Origin: Chloroflexota bacterium
GTDB taxonomy: Bacteria > Chloroflexota > UBA6077 > FW602-bin22
Length of the DNA: 64,000 nt
NCBI GenBank assembly: GCA_016875715.1
Contig: VGOZ01000004.1
Span: 1,448 to 65,447, forward strand
Direction of reading: 5' to 3'
Numbering within the stretch: the first letter of the stretch is position 1; each line of letters begins with the position of its first letter. This document shows, piece after piece, positions 41,063 through 50,748 of this stretch. The position numbers and the translations under genes were made by a program. The notes under the pieces were generated by a model, which was given only the letters and a program-made list of their open reading frames with translations, ran no database searches and was not told the DNA's origin.

Positions 41063-41986
41063 ATGAGTTCACGTCCTGCGGCCCGCGTTGCGGCGCGGCC
41101 TCGTCTTGGTGGGTTTCGCGGACACGAGCGCATTCTAGGCTACGCGATGATCGTCCCGGCGTTCTTCTTCGTCCTTGGCCTGATCGTCTACCCGGCGGCC
41201 TGGGGCATCTACTTCGCGTTCACCGATAAGGTCGTCGGACGGCCGGAGGAGTTCGTCGGAATCAAGAACTTCCTCTGGGTGCTGGGCTGGCCCGATTTCG
41301 GGCTCATGATCGTCAACACACTCGTTCTCACCGTCGCCGGCGTTTTCATCAAAGCGATCGTGGGCATGACGATGGCGCTTGCGCTCAATGAGGAATTCCC
41401 GCTTCGGACAATTGTGCGCGGAATCATGTTTCTTCCGTGGACAGTGCCCAGTTTCGTTGCCGGCCTGATCTGGAAATGGCTGTTCGATGATCAGAATGGT
41501 CTGTTCAACTGGGGACTTGCCGCCCTCGGATTGATCAGCCAGCCGATCCCATGGCTCGGAATGGCCGCCACGGCGATGCCGGCAGTCATCATCGTCGTGG
41601 TCTGGAAGGGTTTTCCGTTCTTCGGGATAGCCTATCTGGCTGGGCTTCAGGCGATCCCGAGCGAACAATACGAGGCGGCGCAAGTCGATGGAGCTAACGC
41701 ACTTCAGCGATTCCGTTACATCACAATCCCTGGCCTCCAGCACGTGATTCTGATCACGGTGATGCTATCCACAATCTGGACCGCTAACACTTTTGACCTC
41801 GTCTACCTCATGACCGGTGGCGGACCGTCGAATGCCACAGAGGTGTTCACGCTGCTGACTTTTCAACTCGGAATTCAGAACGGCAGGATCGGCGATGCAG
41901 CCACCATACCTCTGATGTTCCTGCCATTCTTCGCCGGACTGATCGTCATTCTCACCCGATACATGATGTCACGGGAAGAGGCGTAA
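41063..41986 (+). CDS. ABC sugar transporter permease (MalF-like)
   Basis: Six TM segments and the EAA loop EAAQVDGANALQRFRYITIPGL. Confidence 0.9.
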   Translation: MSSRPAARVAARPRLGGFRGHERILGYAMIVPAFFFVLGLIVYPAAWGIYFAFTDKVVGRPEEFVGIKNFLWVLGWPDFGLMIVNTLVLTVAGVFIKAIVGMTMALALNEEFPLRTIVRGIMFLPWTVPSFVAGLIWKWLFDDQNGLFNWGLAALGLISQPIPWLGMAATAMPAVIIVVVWKGFPFFGIAYLAGLQAIPSEQYEAAQVDGANALQRFRYITIPGLQHVILITVMLSTIWTANTFDLVYLMTGGGPSNATEVFTLLTFQLGIQNGRIGDAATIPLMFLPFFAGLIVILTRYMMSREEA

Positions 41987-41990
41987 TAAG

Positions 41991-42866
41991 ATGGCGAGCG
42001 CAGCCGCGACAGTTGGTCAGCGCGCCGCGTCAATGCGACGTGGTAAGGTGATTAAGAAACTTGTCGTATACGCCACCGTGCTATTCTATTTATTCGTAGT
42101 ACTGCTACCGCTTTACTGGATGTTTCGATCGTCGATTTCCGAAAACGCCGAGATGTACGGTGTGGCCATCCAGTTCTTTCCTTCGAAATTTACTCTGGCG
42201 CAGTTCGATGCGGCGATCAATAAGTGGAAGTTCGGGCAATTCCTAGTTAATACCATCACAGTGGCACTCATAACAATGATCATGACAACTGTGATGGCAT
42301 CACTGGCAGCGTACAGTCTCGTGCGTATCCGCTATCCTGGTAGAGGAGTTCTTGCGCGATCGATTCTTTTCGTCTACCTCATCCCGGGAGGCCTGCTGTT
42401 CATCCCGATCTTCATTCTGATGCAGAGAATCGGATTGCTGAACTCCCTGCTGGCGATGATCGTCACCTATCAGACGTTCGCGATCCCTTTCTGTACGTGG
42501 ATGCTCATTGGCTATTTCAAGGGGATTCCGGCGGAACTCGAGGAAGCGGCTCTTATTGACGGCTGTACCCGCATCGGGGCCCTGCGCCGAGTGATGCTGC
42601 CTCTCGCAGCGCCCGGCCTCGTCGCGGCGGCGATCTTCACGTTCACCTTGGCCTGGAATGAGTTCCTGTATGCACTGGTGCTCTGCAGCTCGAACGCTTG
42701 CCGCACCCTTCCGATCGGCTTGGCCGGTCTTGTGCGCGGCGACATCTACTTGTGGGGCCCGATGATGGCAGGATCTGTGCTTGCTGCGATCCCAGTGATG
42801 CTCCTGTACATTCTGGCCCAGCGATTCGTCGTTGCAGGTCTGGCTGCCGGTGCGGTCAAGGGGTGA
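41991..42866 (+). CDS. ABC sugar transporter permease (MalG-like)
   Basis: EAA loop EAALIDGCTRIGALRRVMLPLAAPG. Starts 4 nt after the upstream permease. Confidence 0.9.
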   Translation: MASAAATVGQRAASMRRGKVIKKLVVYATVLFYLFVVLLPLYWMFRSSISENAEMYGVAIQFFPSKFTLAQFDAAINKWKFGQFLVNTITVALITMIMTTVMASLAAYSLVRIRYPGRGVLARSILFVYLIPGGLLFIPIFILMQRIGLLNSLLAMIVTYQTFAIPFCTWMLIGYFKGIPAELEEAALIDGCTRIGALRRVMLPLAAPGLVAAAIFTFTLAWNEFLYALVLCSSNACRTLPIGLAGLVRGDIYLWGPMMAGSVLAAIPVMLLYILAQRFVVAGLAAGAVKG

Positions 42867-42969
42867 GATAATCGGCGCGGCGAGGTAACTCGGCGCGCCT
42901 AATGCCAGCAGAACATCTGCGGCGCGACAGAGAACTGCCGGGGGTACCTCGCGGTGCCGCCGGGCAGTT

Positions 42970-43959
42970 CTACCTCTCGCCGCTTATCTCGCGCCGCACG
43001 TCGCCGAGGAACCGACTGGCCGATGCGTACTCCGCGCCGGTATACAGGGATTCCAGTCGGGCGATCTCCTGGGTGAGTGACGGGTTCTTCCGCCGCTGGA
43101 TGAAGTCCCAGACGATCGCGAGAGCGCCGCGTTTGATGCCCTCGTCTGGGTCCTCGAGTTCCTCGGAAAGGCCGTCGAGGATCACATTGAGTCGCGCGAC
43201 GCGATCGCTCGCCACCTCCCTCGACTCCTCGAGCGTTAGTTTCGGGATGAAGTCGTTCCGTTTCCCCTCGTTCCATACACGCACCCGCTCTCGCAGGTAG
43301 CCGCGCAGGAACTCATCACGGTGATCTTGCAGCCACGCATCGTGGTCCTCTCCCCTCTGCGCGAACTGCTCCTCCTGCCGATGCATCGAGATGCGGATGT
43401 TTCGATAGAAGGCGGGAAGGCCGATGTTCGCATCGATGGTATCGGCGTCGTAGAGGCACTTCCCCTCAGTGGAACTGACCGCCGAGGGCATGAGGTGTGA
43501 GTGGATGACCTCCTCCACGTGGGACCCGAACATGCTGTCGTAACCCTTTTCGTCGAGGAGGAAGCGCGCGACCTTCGCCCCGGACTTGCTGTGGACCGTC
43601 CGATGCAGGTCGAGTCGGTCGTAGATCTCCGTCAGCCGGTTCGCACGCGCCGGTGGCAGATAGTCGTTGAGCCAGAGACCGTTCTCATCGACCACCCGCT
43701 TGCCGTTACCGTCGGTGAGGATCTCGCCGTCGAAGCTCTTTGTGCAGTCGTGCAGCGTCGCCCCGAAACTGATGACGAGGTCATCCGCCGCGGTGCGTCC
43801 CCCGATGGTCCGCGCCAGCGCCCGGACCCGGGACATGTGGTCGTACGTGTAGTTCCGCCAGGAGAACCCGACCCACTCCTCGTCCCACAACTGGTAGGTG
43901 TCCCTGACCAGAGCATCCAGTTCGGCCAGCACGCGTTCGTGGTCGATGCTCACCTGCAT
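42970..43959 (-). CDS. HD-domain phosphohydrolase family protein
   Basis: H...HD (SFGATLHDCTK), later HSH and DADTID metal ligands. 329 aa with a helical C-terminal extension. Confidence 0.7.
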   Translation of the reverse strand: MQVSIDHERVLAELDALVRDTYQLWDEEWVGFSWRNYTYDHMSRVRALARTIGGRTAADDLVISFGATLHDCTKSFDGEILTDGNGKRVVDENGLWLNDYLPPARANRLTEIYDRLDLHRTVHSKSGAKVARFLLDEKGYDSMFGSHVEEVIHSHLMPSAVSSTEGKCLYDADTIDANIGLPAFYRNIRISMHRQEEQFAQRGEDHDAWLQDHRDEFLRGYLRERVRVWNEGKRNDFIPKLTLEESREVASDRVARLNVILDGLSEELEDPDEGIKRGALAIVWDFIQRRKNPSLTQEIARLESLYTGAEYASASRFLGDVRREISGER

Positions 43960-43996
43960 GGTGGGTCACCTTCGAGCGGAATAGGCCGATTGTAGA

Positions 43997-44953
43997 ATGC
44001 GTTTCGTGTTCGCACGGCTGCGGTCCCTCGTTACGGGACTCGAGCGGAGCCGTGAATCGGTATTCGGCGGGGTCGCCGCATTGTTCGACCGGCCAACCAT
44101 CGACGATGGCCTCTGGGACGAACTGGAGGAACGGCTCATCGCCGGTGACGTGGGTGTCGATCTGGTCGAGGACCTCGTCGGCAGAGTGCGCGATCAGGTG
44201 CGGGCGGAAGGGATCCGCGAAGGTGTTGCGGCGCAGGGGATCCTGAAGCGGGAGATGGTCCGGGTTCTGCGACGGCGCGAGACCGAACCGCCCGTCCACG
44301 GCGGCCTGCGGGTGCGCCCGGGTCTTCTCACCGTCATCCTCGTCGTTGGCGTCAACGGCGCCGGGAAGACGACGAGCATTGCCAAACTGGCCCACTATCT
44401 GAAGGGGATGGGCCGCCGTGTGGTGATCGCGGCCGCCGATACGTTCCGCGCCGCGGCGATCGAGCAGTTGAAGCTATGGGGCGAGAGGGCGCAGGTACCT
44501 GTGATCGCTCATGCCGATGGCGCGGATCCCGGGGCGGTGGTCTTCGATGCCTGGCAGCACGCGCGTGCAGTCCAGGCGGATATCCTGCTCATCGATACGG
44601 CTGGCCGCCTGCATACCCGGTTCAACCTCATGGAAGAACTCCGCAAGGTTCGCCGGGTGCTGGAGAAGCATGACGCGGCGGCGCCGCACGAGGTGCTGCT
44701 GGTTCTCGACGCGACGATTGGCCAGAACGCCTTGGCGCAGGCGCGGGAGTTCCAGAAGATCGTGGGGGTGACCGGTCTCATTCTCGCAAAGCTCGATTCG
44801 AGCGCCCGCGGCGGTGCGATCTTCGCGATTGCCGAGGATCTCGGGCTCCCGATACGTTTCGTCGGTACCGGCGAACGGATCGAGGCGCTGGAGGTCTTCG
44901 ACCCGGAGGAGTTCGTGGAGGGCCTATTCCTGAAAGCAGAGCGCGCGGCGTGA
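43997..44953 (+). CDS. ftsY: Signal recognition particle receptor FtsY
   Basis: VGVNGAGKTTSIAKLA, DTAGRLH, LAKLDSSARGG. Confidence 0.93.
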   Translation: MRFVFARLRSLVTGLERSRESVFGGVAALFDRPTIDDGLWDELEERLIAGDVGVDLVEDLVGRVRDQVRAEGIREGVAAQGILKREMVRVLRRRETEPPVHGGLRVRPGLLTVILVVGVNGAGKTTSIAKLAHYLKGMGRRVVIAAADTFRAAAIEQLKLWGERAQVPVIAHADGADPGAVVFDAWQHARAVQADILLIDTAGRLHTRFNLMEELRKVRRVLEKHDAAAPHEVLLVLDATIGQNALAQAREFQKIVGVTGLILAKLDSSARGGAIFAIAEDLGLPIRFVGTGERIEALEVFDPEEFVEGLFLKAERAA

Positions 44954-45492
44954 CGATGGCTTCGCAACCTGCCGAGGCGGTCGGAACCGTCGTCGTGCTG
45001 CGCGAGATCCGTCGATCTGATGTGGAGCTCATGGCCTATTGGCCGCGGTTTGACGAGGCAGAGCTTCAGTGGGCGAATCTGGATCTCACGACCGCCGAGC
45101 AGCGCGATGCCTGGTACGAGCGCAATCGGAGCATCGGCCACCGGCGGAGGTTCACGATCTGGGATCACCACGGCCGGGTTATCGGTACTGTCGGCCTGCG
45201 CAACATCGACTTCCGCTACGGTGAGGGAACGCTGGGCATCATCGTCAACGCAGCGGATGTCGGCAAAGGATATGGCACCGATGCTGTCAACACGATCGTC
45301 GAATTCGCCTTCGAGCAGTTGGGGCTCCGCAAGGTCTATCTCGATGTCGCGGAGGACAATGTGCGCGCGCAGCGCAGTTACGAGAAGGTCGGCTTCGTCC
45401 GGATCGGCCAGCATCGGGGTACCGAGGGATTGACCTATGTCGACATGTCGCTGAGTCGCGAGCGCTTCCAGTCGCGCGCCGCCAGATTCTGA
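44950..45492 (+). CDS. GNAT family N-acetyltransferase (RimJ/RimL-like)
   Basis: VVLREIRRSD...GTVGLRNIDFRYGEGTLGIIV...GKGYGTDAV...NVRAQRSYEKVGF. GTGA overlap with ftsY. Confidence 0.85.
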   Translation: MTMASQPAEAVGTVVVLREIRRSDVELMAYWPRFDEAELQWANLDLTTAEQRDAWYERNRSIGHRRRFTIWDHHGRVIGTVGLRNIDFRYGEGTLGIIVNAADVGKGYGTDAVNTIVEFAFEQLGLRKVYLDVAEDNVRAQRSYEKVGFVRIGQHRGTEGLTYVDMSLSRERFQSRAARF

Positions 45493-45507
45493 CCGAGAGG
45501 AATCGGA

Positions 45508-46296
45508 GTGCCGATCGTCGATAGTCACTGCCACGTTGCCATGGGCTGGTACGAGCCGGTCGAGGCTCTTCTGCGCCAGATGGATACCAACGAGGTCGAG
45601 CGATCGATCCTCATTCAGATCCGGGGCCAGATCGATAACACCTACCAGCGGTTGTGCGTCGCTCGGCACCGTGATCGGCTGGCGTCGGTTGTTATCGTGA
45701 ACCACACGGCGGCGAATGCCGTCGAGGCGCTGGAGCGGGAGGCAAGCCTCGGGGCGGTGGGTGTGCGCCTGCCGCCGGACGCGCGCTCGCCAGGCGAGGA
45801 CCCGCTGGCGATCTGGCGGGCGGCGCAGAGCCTGGGCATCGCCGTGAGCAGTGGTGGCGCCGCGGAGGCGTTCGCCTCGGCGGCTTTCGCCTCTCTCGTC
45901 GGCGAGTTGCCGGACCTGAGGATCGTCATCGAGCATCTGGGTGGAACGAATCACCCGGAAGGGGACCCGGGTGCGCGCCTCCGCCGGCGTGTGATGGGTC
46001 TGGCTCAGTTTCCTAACGTCTACATGAAGTTCCACGGCCTCGGCGAGTTCGCGCAGCGTGCAATGCCGGTACAGGAACTTTTCCCGTTCCGAAGGCCACT
46101 TCCCCGCACGCTTCAGATCGCCTTCGATGCCTTCGGACCGGCACGGATGATGTGGGGCAGCGACTTCCCGCCAGTCTCGGGTCGCGAGGGATACCGCAAC
46201 GCGCTCCGGCTGCCCATGGAGGAACTGACCGACCTCAGCGATGACGAGCGCGCGCTTGCCTTCGGTGGCGTGGCGCTGACGGTCTTCCCCATATAG
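45508..46296 (+). CDS. Amidohydrolase-2 family metal-dependent hydrolase
   Basis: IVDSHCHV metal motif, IEHLGG, WGSDFP. Confidence 0.8.
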   Translation: MPIVDSHCHVAMGWYEPVEALLRQMDTNEVERSILIQIRGQIDNTYQRLCVARHRDRLASVVIVNHTAANAVEALEREASLGAVGVRLPPDARSPGEDPLAIWRAAQSLGIAVSSGGAAEAFASAAFASLVGELPDLRIVIEHLGGTNHPEGDPGARLRRRVMGLAQFPNVYMKFHGLGEFAQRAMPVQELFPFRRPLPRTLQIAFDAFGPARMMWGSDFPPVSGREGYRNALRLPMEELTDLSDDERALAFGGVALTVFPI

Positions 46297-46308
46297 AACG
46301 TCTGTGCT
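46295..46308 (+). promoter_or_regulatory. Candidate LexA (GAAC-N4-GTTC type) box overlapping a TAATAT -10 upstream of recA
   Basis: AGAACGTCTGTGCT has one mismatch to AGAAC-N4-GTTCT. It abuts TAATAT (46308-46313), about 70 nt before recA ATG 46378. Confidence 0.4.
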
Positions 46309-46377
46309 AATATGACCCTCGCGCGATGCACGAGGACGTGCGTCGAGGCTTTGCCGGATCGAACGGAGAGAGGGAAC

Positions 46378-47403
46378 ATGAGCGATAGCGAGAAGCGACG
46401 CGCGTTGGACGCGGCACTCGGGCAGATCGATCGCGCCCACGGCAAGGGCTCGATCATGCGCCTTGGTGACGCGACGCGATTGGCCGTGGAGGCGATCCCG
46501 ACCGGTTCGATCGCGCTCGATCTCGCTCTCGGCATCGGGGGTGTTCCCCGGGGACGCATCTGTGAGATCTTCGGACCGGAGTCGTCCGGGAAGACGACAC
46601 TAGTGCAGCACATCATCGCCGAAGCGCAGCGGACCGGTGGCGTGGCGGCCTTCATCGACGCGGAGCACGCGCTCGACCCCGAATACGCCGCCCGCTGCGG
46701 CGTCGATACGGAAAACCTCTACGTCAGCCAACCTGATACGGGTGAGCAGGCTCTCGAGATTGCCGAGGCACTGGTGCGGTCAGGCGCGGTCGATATCGTG
46801 GCGATCGACTCAGTCGCGGCGCTCGTTCCACGTGCGGAGATCGAGGGCGAGATGGGCGACAGCCACGTCGGTCTCCAGGCGCGATTGATGAGTCAGGCGC
46901 TCCGCAAACTGACCGGCGCGATCAACCGCTCGAAAACATGCGTCATCTTCACGAACCAGTTGCGCGAGAAGATCGGTGTCATGTTCGGCAACCCGGAAAC
47001 GACTCCCGGGGGGCGCGCGTTGAAGTTCTATGCCAGCCTCCGCCTCGACATCCGTCGCGTCGAGACGATCAAGCAGGGGACGGATGCGATTGGCATTCGC
47101 GCGAAGGTCAAGGTTGTCAAGAACAAGGTCGCGCCACCGTTCCGGGTGGCCGAGTTCGACATCCTGTACAACGAGGGCATCTCCAAAGAAGGTGGCCTTC
47201 TCGACGTCGGGATCGAATCGGCGATCGTTCGCAAGTCCGGTGCGTTCTTCAGTTACGGCGATATCCGATTAGGCCAGGGCCGCGAGAACGCGCGCGAGTT
47301 CCTGCGCGCGAACCAGACGATCCGCGATGAGATCGAAGCGCAGATCCGCGCCGCGGCACGTTCGATGCCGGCTCGCACCGAGGCGGTCGGCGCCGAGGCC
47401 TGA
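46378..47403 (+). CDS. recA: Recombinase RecA
   Basis: [30 protein letters not shown], Walker [41 protein letters not shown]. Confidence 0.97.
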   Translation: MSDSEKRRALDAALGQIDRAHGKGSIMRLGDATRLAVEAIPTGSIALDLALGIGGVPRGRICEIFGPESSGKTTLVQHIIAEAQRTGGVAAFIDAEHALDPEYAARCGVDTENLYVSQPDTGEQALEIAEALVRSGAVDIVAIDSVAALVPRAEIEGEMGDSHVGLQARLMSQALRKLTGAINRSKTCVIFTNQLREKIGVMFGNPETTPGGRALKFYASLRLDIRRVETIKQGTDAIGIRAKVKVVKNKVAPPFRVAEFDILYNEGISKEGGLLDVGIESAIVRKSGAFFSYGDIRLGQGRENAREFLRANQTIRDEIEAQIRAAARSMPARTEAVGAEA

Positions 47404-47887
47404 TACGGAAAACCCGCCCGAGCGAGAATGCTGGGACGCGGCGCTTCGATTTCTGGCGTCGCGCCCTCGATCGCTGCGCGAACTGCGACTCAAGCTCGGC
47501 CCACGGTTCGGCGAGCCGGTGACCGAGTCGATCATCGAACGTCTCGCCGGTATGGGACTGGCGGACGATGCCGCGTTCGCTCGCTACTGGTTGGAGAACC
47601 GCGAGCGTCACCGTCCCCGCGGTGCGCGTGCGCTTCGCAGCGAACTGGGCGCGAAGGGGATCGATCGCGGAGCGGTCGAAGATGCCATCGCCACCGCCCA
47701 CGATGAGTTTGCGGCTGCTCGCACTGCCGCGCAGGCCCGGGCACGGCGCATTCTGAAGGCCGACGCGCGAGAACTCGCCCGACGCCTTCACGAGCACCTT
47801 CAGCGACGAGGGTTCGATTGGGAGGCGGCCGAGGCAGCCGTGCGCGAGGTTCTGAACGAGCGTTCAGCTGGTGACTTCGGCGCCTGA
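47327..47887 (+). CDS. recX: RecA regulator RecX
   Basis: [23 protein letters not shown]...[29 protein letters not shown] three-repeat pattern. The only canonical in-frame start is ATG 47327, 77 nt inside recA. Confidence 0.8.
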   Translation: MRSKRRSAPRHVRCRLAPRRSAPRPDTENPPERECWDAALRFLASRPRSLRELRLKLGPRFGEPVTESIIERLAGMGLADDAAFARYWLENRERHRPRGARALRSELGAKGIDRGAVEDAIATAHDEFAAARTAAQARARRILKADARELARRLHEHLQRRGFDWEAAEAAVREVLNERSAGDFGA

Positions 47888-48038
47888 GGCTTGCAGCGGG
47901 CCTGCGCTATAGTTGCGTTCCGTCGCGGCAGGCGCCACGACAATGGTGAGTCTTACGTGGGCGGCTGAAGGAGTCGCTCTTTCCAGTCGGCGATCGACCC
48001 GGAAAGGGCTCCGTGCGCCTGCGCTCGAAGGGGCTGCG

Positions 48039-49583
48039 ATGGATCTCCCGATTGCCATTCTGGCCATTCTGGTGGGAGCGGCAGTGGCCGCTGGTGCGGC
48101 ATTTTCGGTCGCACGGCGTCAGATCAGGGCGCGCGAGGCAGTCGATCTGGCGGCGCAGCGACAGGAGGCTGATCGGATCACGCAGGGTGCCGAGGCGCGT
48201 AAGCGCGAGTTGCTGCTCGAGGCCCAGGCCGAGGCGCTACGCGCGCGCACCGAGGCGGAACAGGAACTTCGTCAGCGTCGGAACGAGATTCAGCAGAACG
48301 AGCGCCGCGTTCAACAAAAGGAGGAGGCGCTCGATCGCCGCATCGATCAGACCGAGAATCGCGAGCGCCGCCTGGCCGAACGTGAGCAGGAGGTCGACCG
48401 CGCGCGCGAGGCGACGCTCGGCCTCAAGACCGAGGCGCAGAAGGCACTCGAACGGGTCGCGGGCATGACCGCGGCCGAGGCGAAAGGTGTCCTTCTCGAG
48501 GAGATCGAGGCCGAAGTTCGCCAAGAGGCGAACAAGCGTGTGCGGGAGATCGAGGCCGAAGCGAAGGAGGAGGGCGAGAAGAGAGCCCGAAACATCGTCG
48601 CTCTGGCGATCCAGCGGTGGGCCGGCGAGCAAGTTGCCGAACACGTCGTGTCGGTCGTCCACCTCCCAAGTGATGAGATGAAGGGGCGGATCATCGGTCG
48701 GGAAGGGCGCAACATCCGCGCGCTCGAGGCCGCAACCGGTGTGGACCTCATCATCGACGATACACCCGACGCGGTTACCCTCTCCGGGTTCGATCCAGTG
48801 CGCCGCGAGATCGCCCGGGTCGCGCTGAGCAAGCTGGTCGCCGACGGGCGCATCCACCCTGCCCGGATCGAGGAGGTCGTCGCCCGCGCGAAGCAGGAGA
48901 TCGATCAGCAGATGCGGGAGGAGGGCGAGCAGGCTGCGATCCGTGCGGGTGTCACGGGGCTGCATCCCGAGGTCGTGCGCCTGATGGGGCGCCTCAAGTT
49001 CCGCACGTCCTACGGGCAGAATGTCCTCAATCACTCCGTCGAGGTGGCGCATCTGGCGGCGATGATCGCGACCGAGATCGGTGCAGATGTCACGGTCGCG
49101 CGCACCGCCGGGTTCCTCCATGACATCGGGAAAGCGATGGACCACGAGGTGGAGGGGCCGCATGCGCTCATCGGTGCCGACGTCCTGAAGCGCTTCGGCA
49201 CGAAGTCGGCTCGGGTGATCCACGCCGTCGCCGCTCACCACAACGAGGAAGAGCTGCAGTCGATCGACCCGATCATCATCTCCGCTGCCGACGCGATCTC
49301 GGGCGCGCGACCGGGCGCGCGGCGCGAGACCGTGGAGAGCTATATCCGGCGTCTGGAGGCCCTGGAGAGCGTGGCAAGCAGTTTCCCCGGCGTCGAGCGA
49401 TCGTTCGCGATCCAGGCGGGCCGGGAGGTGCGGATCATCGCGATTCCCGAGCAGGTGGACGACCTGGGCTCCGTGCGACTGGCGCGCGACATCGCGAAGA
49501 AGATCGAGGAGACCCTCGAGTACCCTGGCCAGATCAAGGTGACGATCATCCGGGAGACGCGGGCGGTCGACTACGCCCGTTAG
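48039..49583 (+). CDS. rny: Ribonuclease Y
   Basis: N-terminal TM ([19 protein letters not shown]), long coiled coil, KH domain ([15 protein letters not shown]), and HD domain (FLHDIGKA). ATG 48039 has a GAAGGGG SD. Confidence 0.93.
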   Translation: MDLPIAILAILVGAAVAAGAAFSVARRQIRAREAVDLAAQRQEADRITQGAEARKRELLLEAQAEALRARTEAEQELRQRRNEIQQNERRVQQKEEALDRRIDQTENRERRLAEREQEVDRAREATLGLKTEAQKALERVAGMTAAEAKGVLLEEIEAEVRQEANKRVREIEAEAKEEGEKRARNIVALAIQRWAGEQVAEHVVSVVHLPSDEMKGRIIGREGRNIRALEAATGVDLIIDDTPDAVTLSGFDPVRREIARVALSKLVADGRIHPARIEEVVARAKQEIDQQMREEGEQAAIRAGVTGLHPEVVRLMGRLKFRTSYGQNVLNHSVEVAHLAAMIATEIGADVTVARTAGFLHDIGKAMDHEVEGPHALIGADVLKRFGTKSARVIHAVAAHHNEEELQSIDPIIISAADAISGARPGARRETVESYIRRLEALESVASSFPGVERSFAIQAGREVRIIAIPEQVDDLGSVRLARDIAKKIEETLEYPGQIKVTIIRETRAVDYAR

Positions 49584-50236
49584 GGCGTGTCGATCCAGTC
49601 GAATCGCGAACAGTCGAGGCAGTAGCCGGCCGGACACGCGCGTGCCGGCTCGTGTGACATGGCAATGCCCGTATCGGCGAGCAAGGCCGCGACTAGCCCG
49701 AGCGGAAGGCCGACGACGTTGCAGCGGCAACCCTCCCAACCCTTCACGGGCCGAACGCGTTCGTTCTGGATCGCGTAGCCCCCGGCCTTATCGCGCGGGT
49801 CGCCCGAGTCGACGTAGTCCTGGATTCGCGTTGCGCTGAGCGGCGCGAGTGCGACCGTGGTCGTGATCGCCCCGCTCCGCAGTCGAGCCTCCCTCCCCAC
49901 CGCGACCGCCGTCGTGACGCGGTGGGAGCGGCCGCACAGTTCTCCGAGGAACTGGCGGGCATCGGCGTCGCTCTCGGGTTTTGCCCACGACCGATAGCGT
50001 AACCAGACCACAGTGTCGGCGCTCAGCACGACTTCGTCTGCGCTCGCGTGGCAAGCTCGAACCTTGGCACCCGCCAGACGGACGGCGGTTGCCGGTGGTG
50101 CCTCGCCCGGGAGAGGCGTCTCATCGACATTGGTGGGCGCCACACGAAACGGGAGCCCCAGGAGGTCCAGAAGGTCGCGCCGCCGCGGTGAGGCCGAGGC
50201 GAGAACCAGAGAACCTGTTGTCGGGCTCAGCGGCAT
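49580..50236 (-). CDS. maf: Maf-family nucleoside triphosphate pyrophosphatase with Cys-rich C-terminal tail
   Basis: [21 protein letters not shown]...DKAGGYAIQ, plus an extra tail [15 protein letters not shown]. Its stop overlaps the rny stop (TTAG). Confidence 0.88.
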   Translation of the reverse strand: MPLSPTTGSLVLASASPRRRDLLDLLGLPFRVAPTNVDETPLPGEAPPATAVRLAGAKVRACHASADEVVLSADTVVWLRYRSWAKPESDADARQFLGELCGRSHRVTTAVAVGREARLRSGAITTTVALAPLSATRIQDYVDSGDPRDKAGGYAIQNERVRPVKGWEGCRCNVVGLPLGLVAALLADTGIAMSHEPARACPAGYCLDCSRFDWIDTP

Positions 50237-50265
50237 GTGTCGAGGTCTGAGCGTAGGTCGCGGAA

Positions 50266-50311
50266 CGGAAAAACGCCCGACCGTGGGTGGCTGGTCCGAC
50301 GGTCGGGCGTT
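50266..50311 (-). terminator. Intrinsic terminator for the 50374-50598 gene
   Basis: The minus-strand RNA is AACGCCCGACCG-(16 nt loop)-CGGUCGGGCGUU followed by UUU. Perfect 12-bp stem, 63 nt downstream of the stop. Confidence 0.6.
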
Positions 50312-50373
50312 CGGGGTGGGTCGTCGAGCGGGATCAGTTGCTCAGCGGACTCCTGGCGAGGGGATGTGGCGGA

Positions 50374-50598
50374 TCATGCATGGTCCAGTTCGACCCACTT
50401 CAGGATTTCCGACTGGAAGGCGATCAGTTGACCGGCAAGGTCGCGACACTCGGCCTCGAGGGCCTGAATGTGGCGATCCTTCTCGTGCAGCATTGTGACC
50501 AGTGCCTCACGGTCGATCGTCGCCTCGGCTCTTACCGGAGCCCGCGCAAGGGTCCGGGGTGTGGGTCGGGCCATCGCGGTTGTTCCTGTGGAGCTCAT
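50374..50598 (-). CDS. Small coiled-coil protein (74 aa), hypothetical
   Basis: ATIDREALVTMLHEKDRHIQALEAECRDLAGQLIAFQSEILKWVELD is heptad-like. It has its own terminator. Confidence 0.5.
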   Translation of the reverse strand: MSSTGTTAMARPTPRTLARAPVRAEATIDREALVTMLHEKDRHIQALEAECRDLAGQLIAFQSEILKWVELDHA

Positions 50599-50748
50599 CC
50601 GCGCCTCCAGCGAAGGTAGCCGATTCTAGAAATGGGGTCCGTAAACCGATCGTAAGAGTGGACCGCCATAGCAGGAGCCATCGGCCGACGATCGTGAGCG
50701 TTCTGTCAACCGCGTGTTATTCTGAAAGCCCCTCGGCGGGTCGGGAGG

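Noticed and set aside
42931-42971. 9-bp inverted repeat (AGAACTGCC...GGCAGTTCT) between the convergent permease and HD genes, considered as a bidirectional terminator.
   Set aside because: The loop is 23 nt and there is no U-tract. This is too weak to call.
47805-47822. Search for tRNA-like T-loop signatures (GGTTCGA...). Hits were found only here in recX, at about 2434 in secA and at about 14636 in the ADH gene.
   Set aside because: All hits are embedded in well-supported CDSs, with no flanking acceptor or anticodon stem context. No tRNA is called.
47853-47866. Additional perfect GAAC-N4-GTTC cores: TGAACGAGCGTTCA in the recX 3' end, 53790-53801 inside the nuclease gene, and 58947-58958 inside the GT4 gene.
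   Set aside because: All are inside coding sequence. A rough estimate from base composition and the observed GAAC frequency gives about 0.6-1 chance occurrences per 64 kb, so these three extra hits are only marginally surprising. They are not called as operators without binding data.
49578-49583. Convergent gene pairs share the tetranucleotide TTAG, so the two stop codons overlap (rny/maf here, also 18657-18660).
   Set aside because: This is a compact-genome curiosity. Two occurrences are insufficient to argue for function.
49752-49763. Perfect 12-nt palindrome CGAACGCGTTCG inside maf.
   Set aside because: The spacing (N2) does not fit the LexA-type box and it lies in coding sequence. It is likely coincidental.
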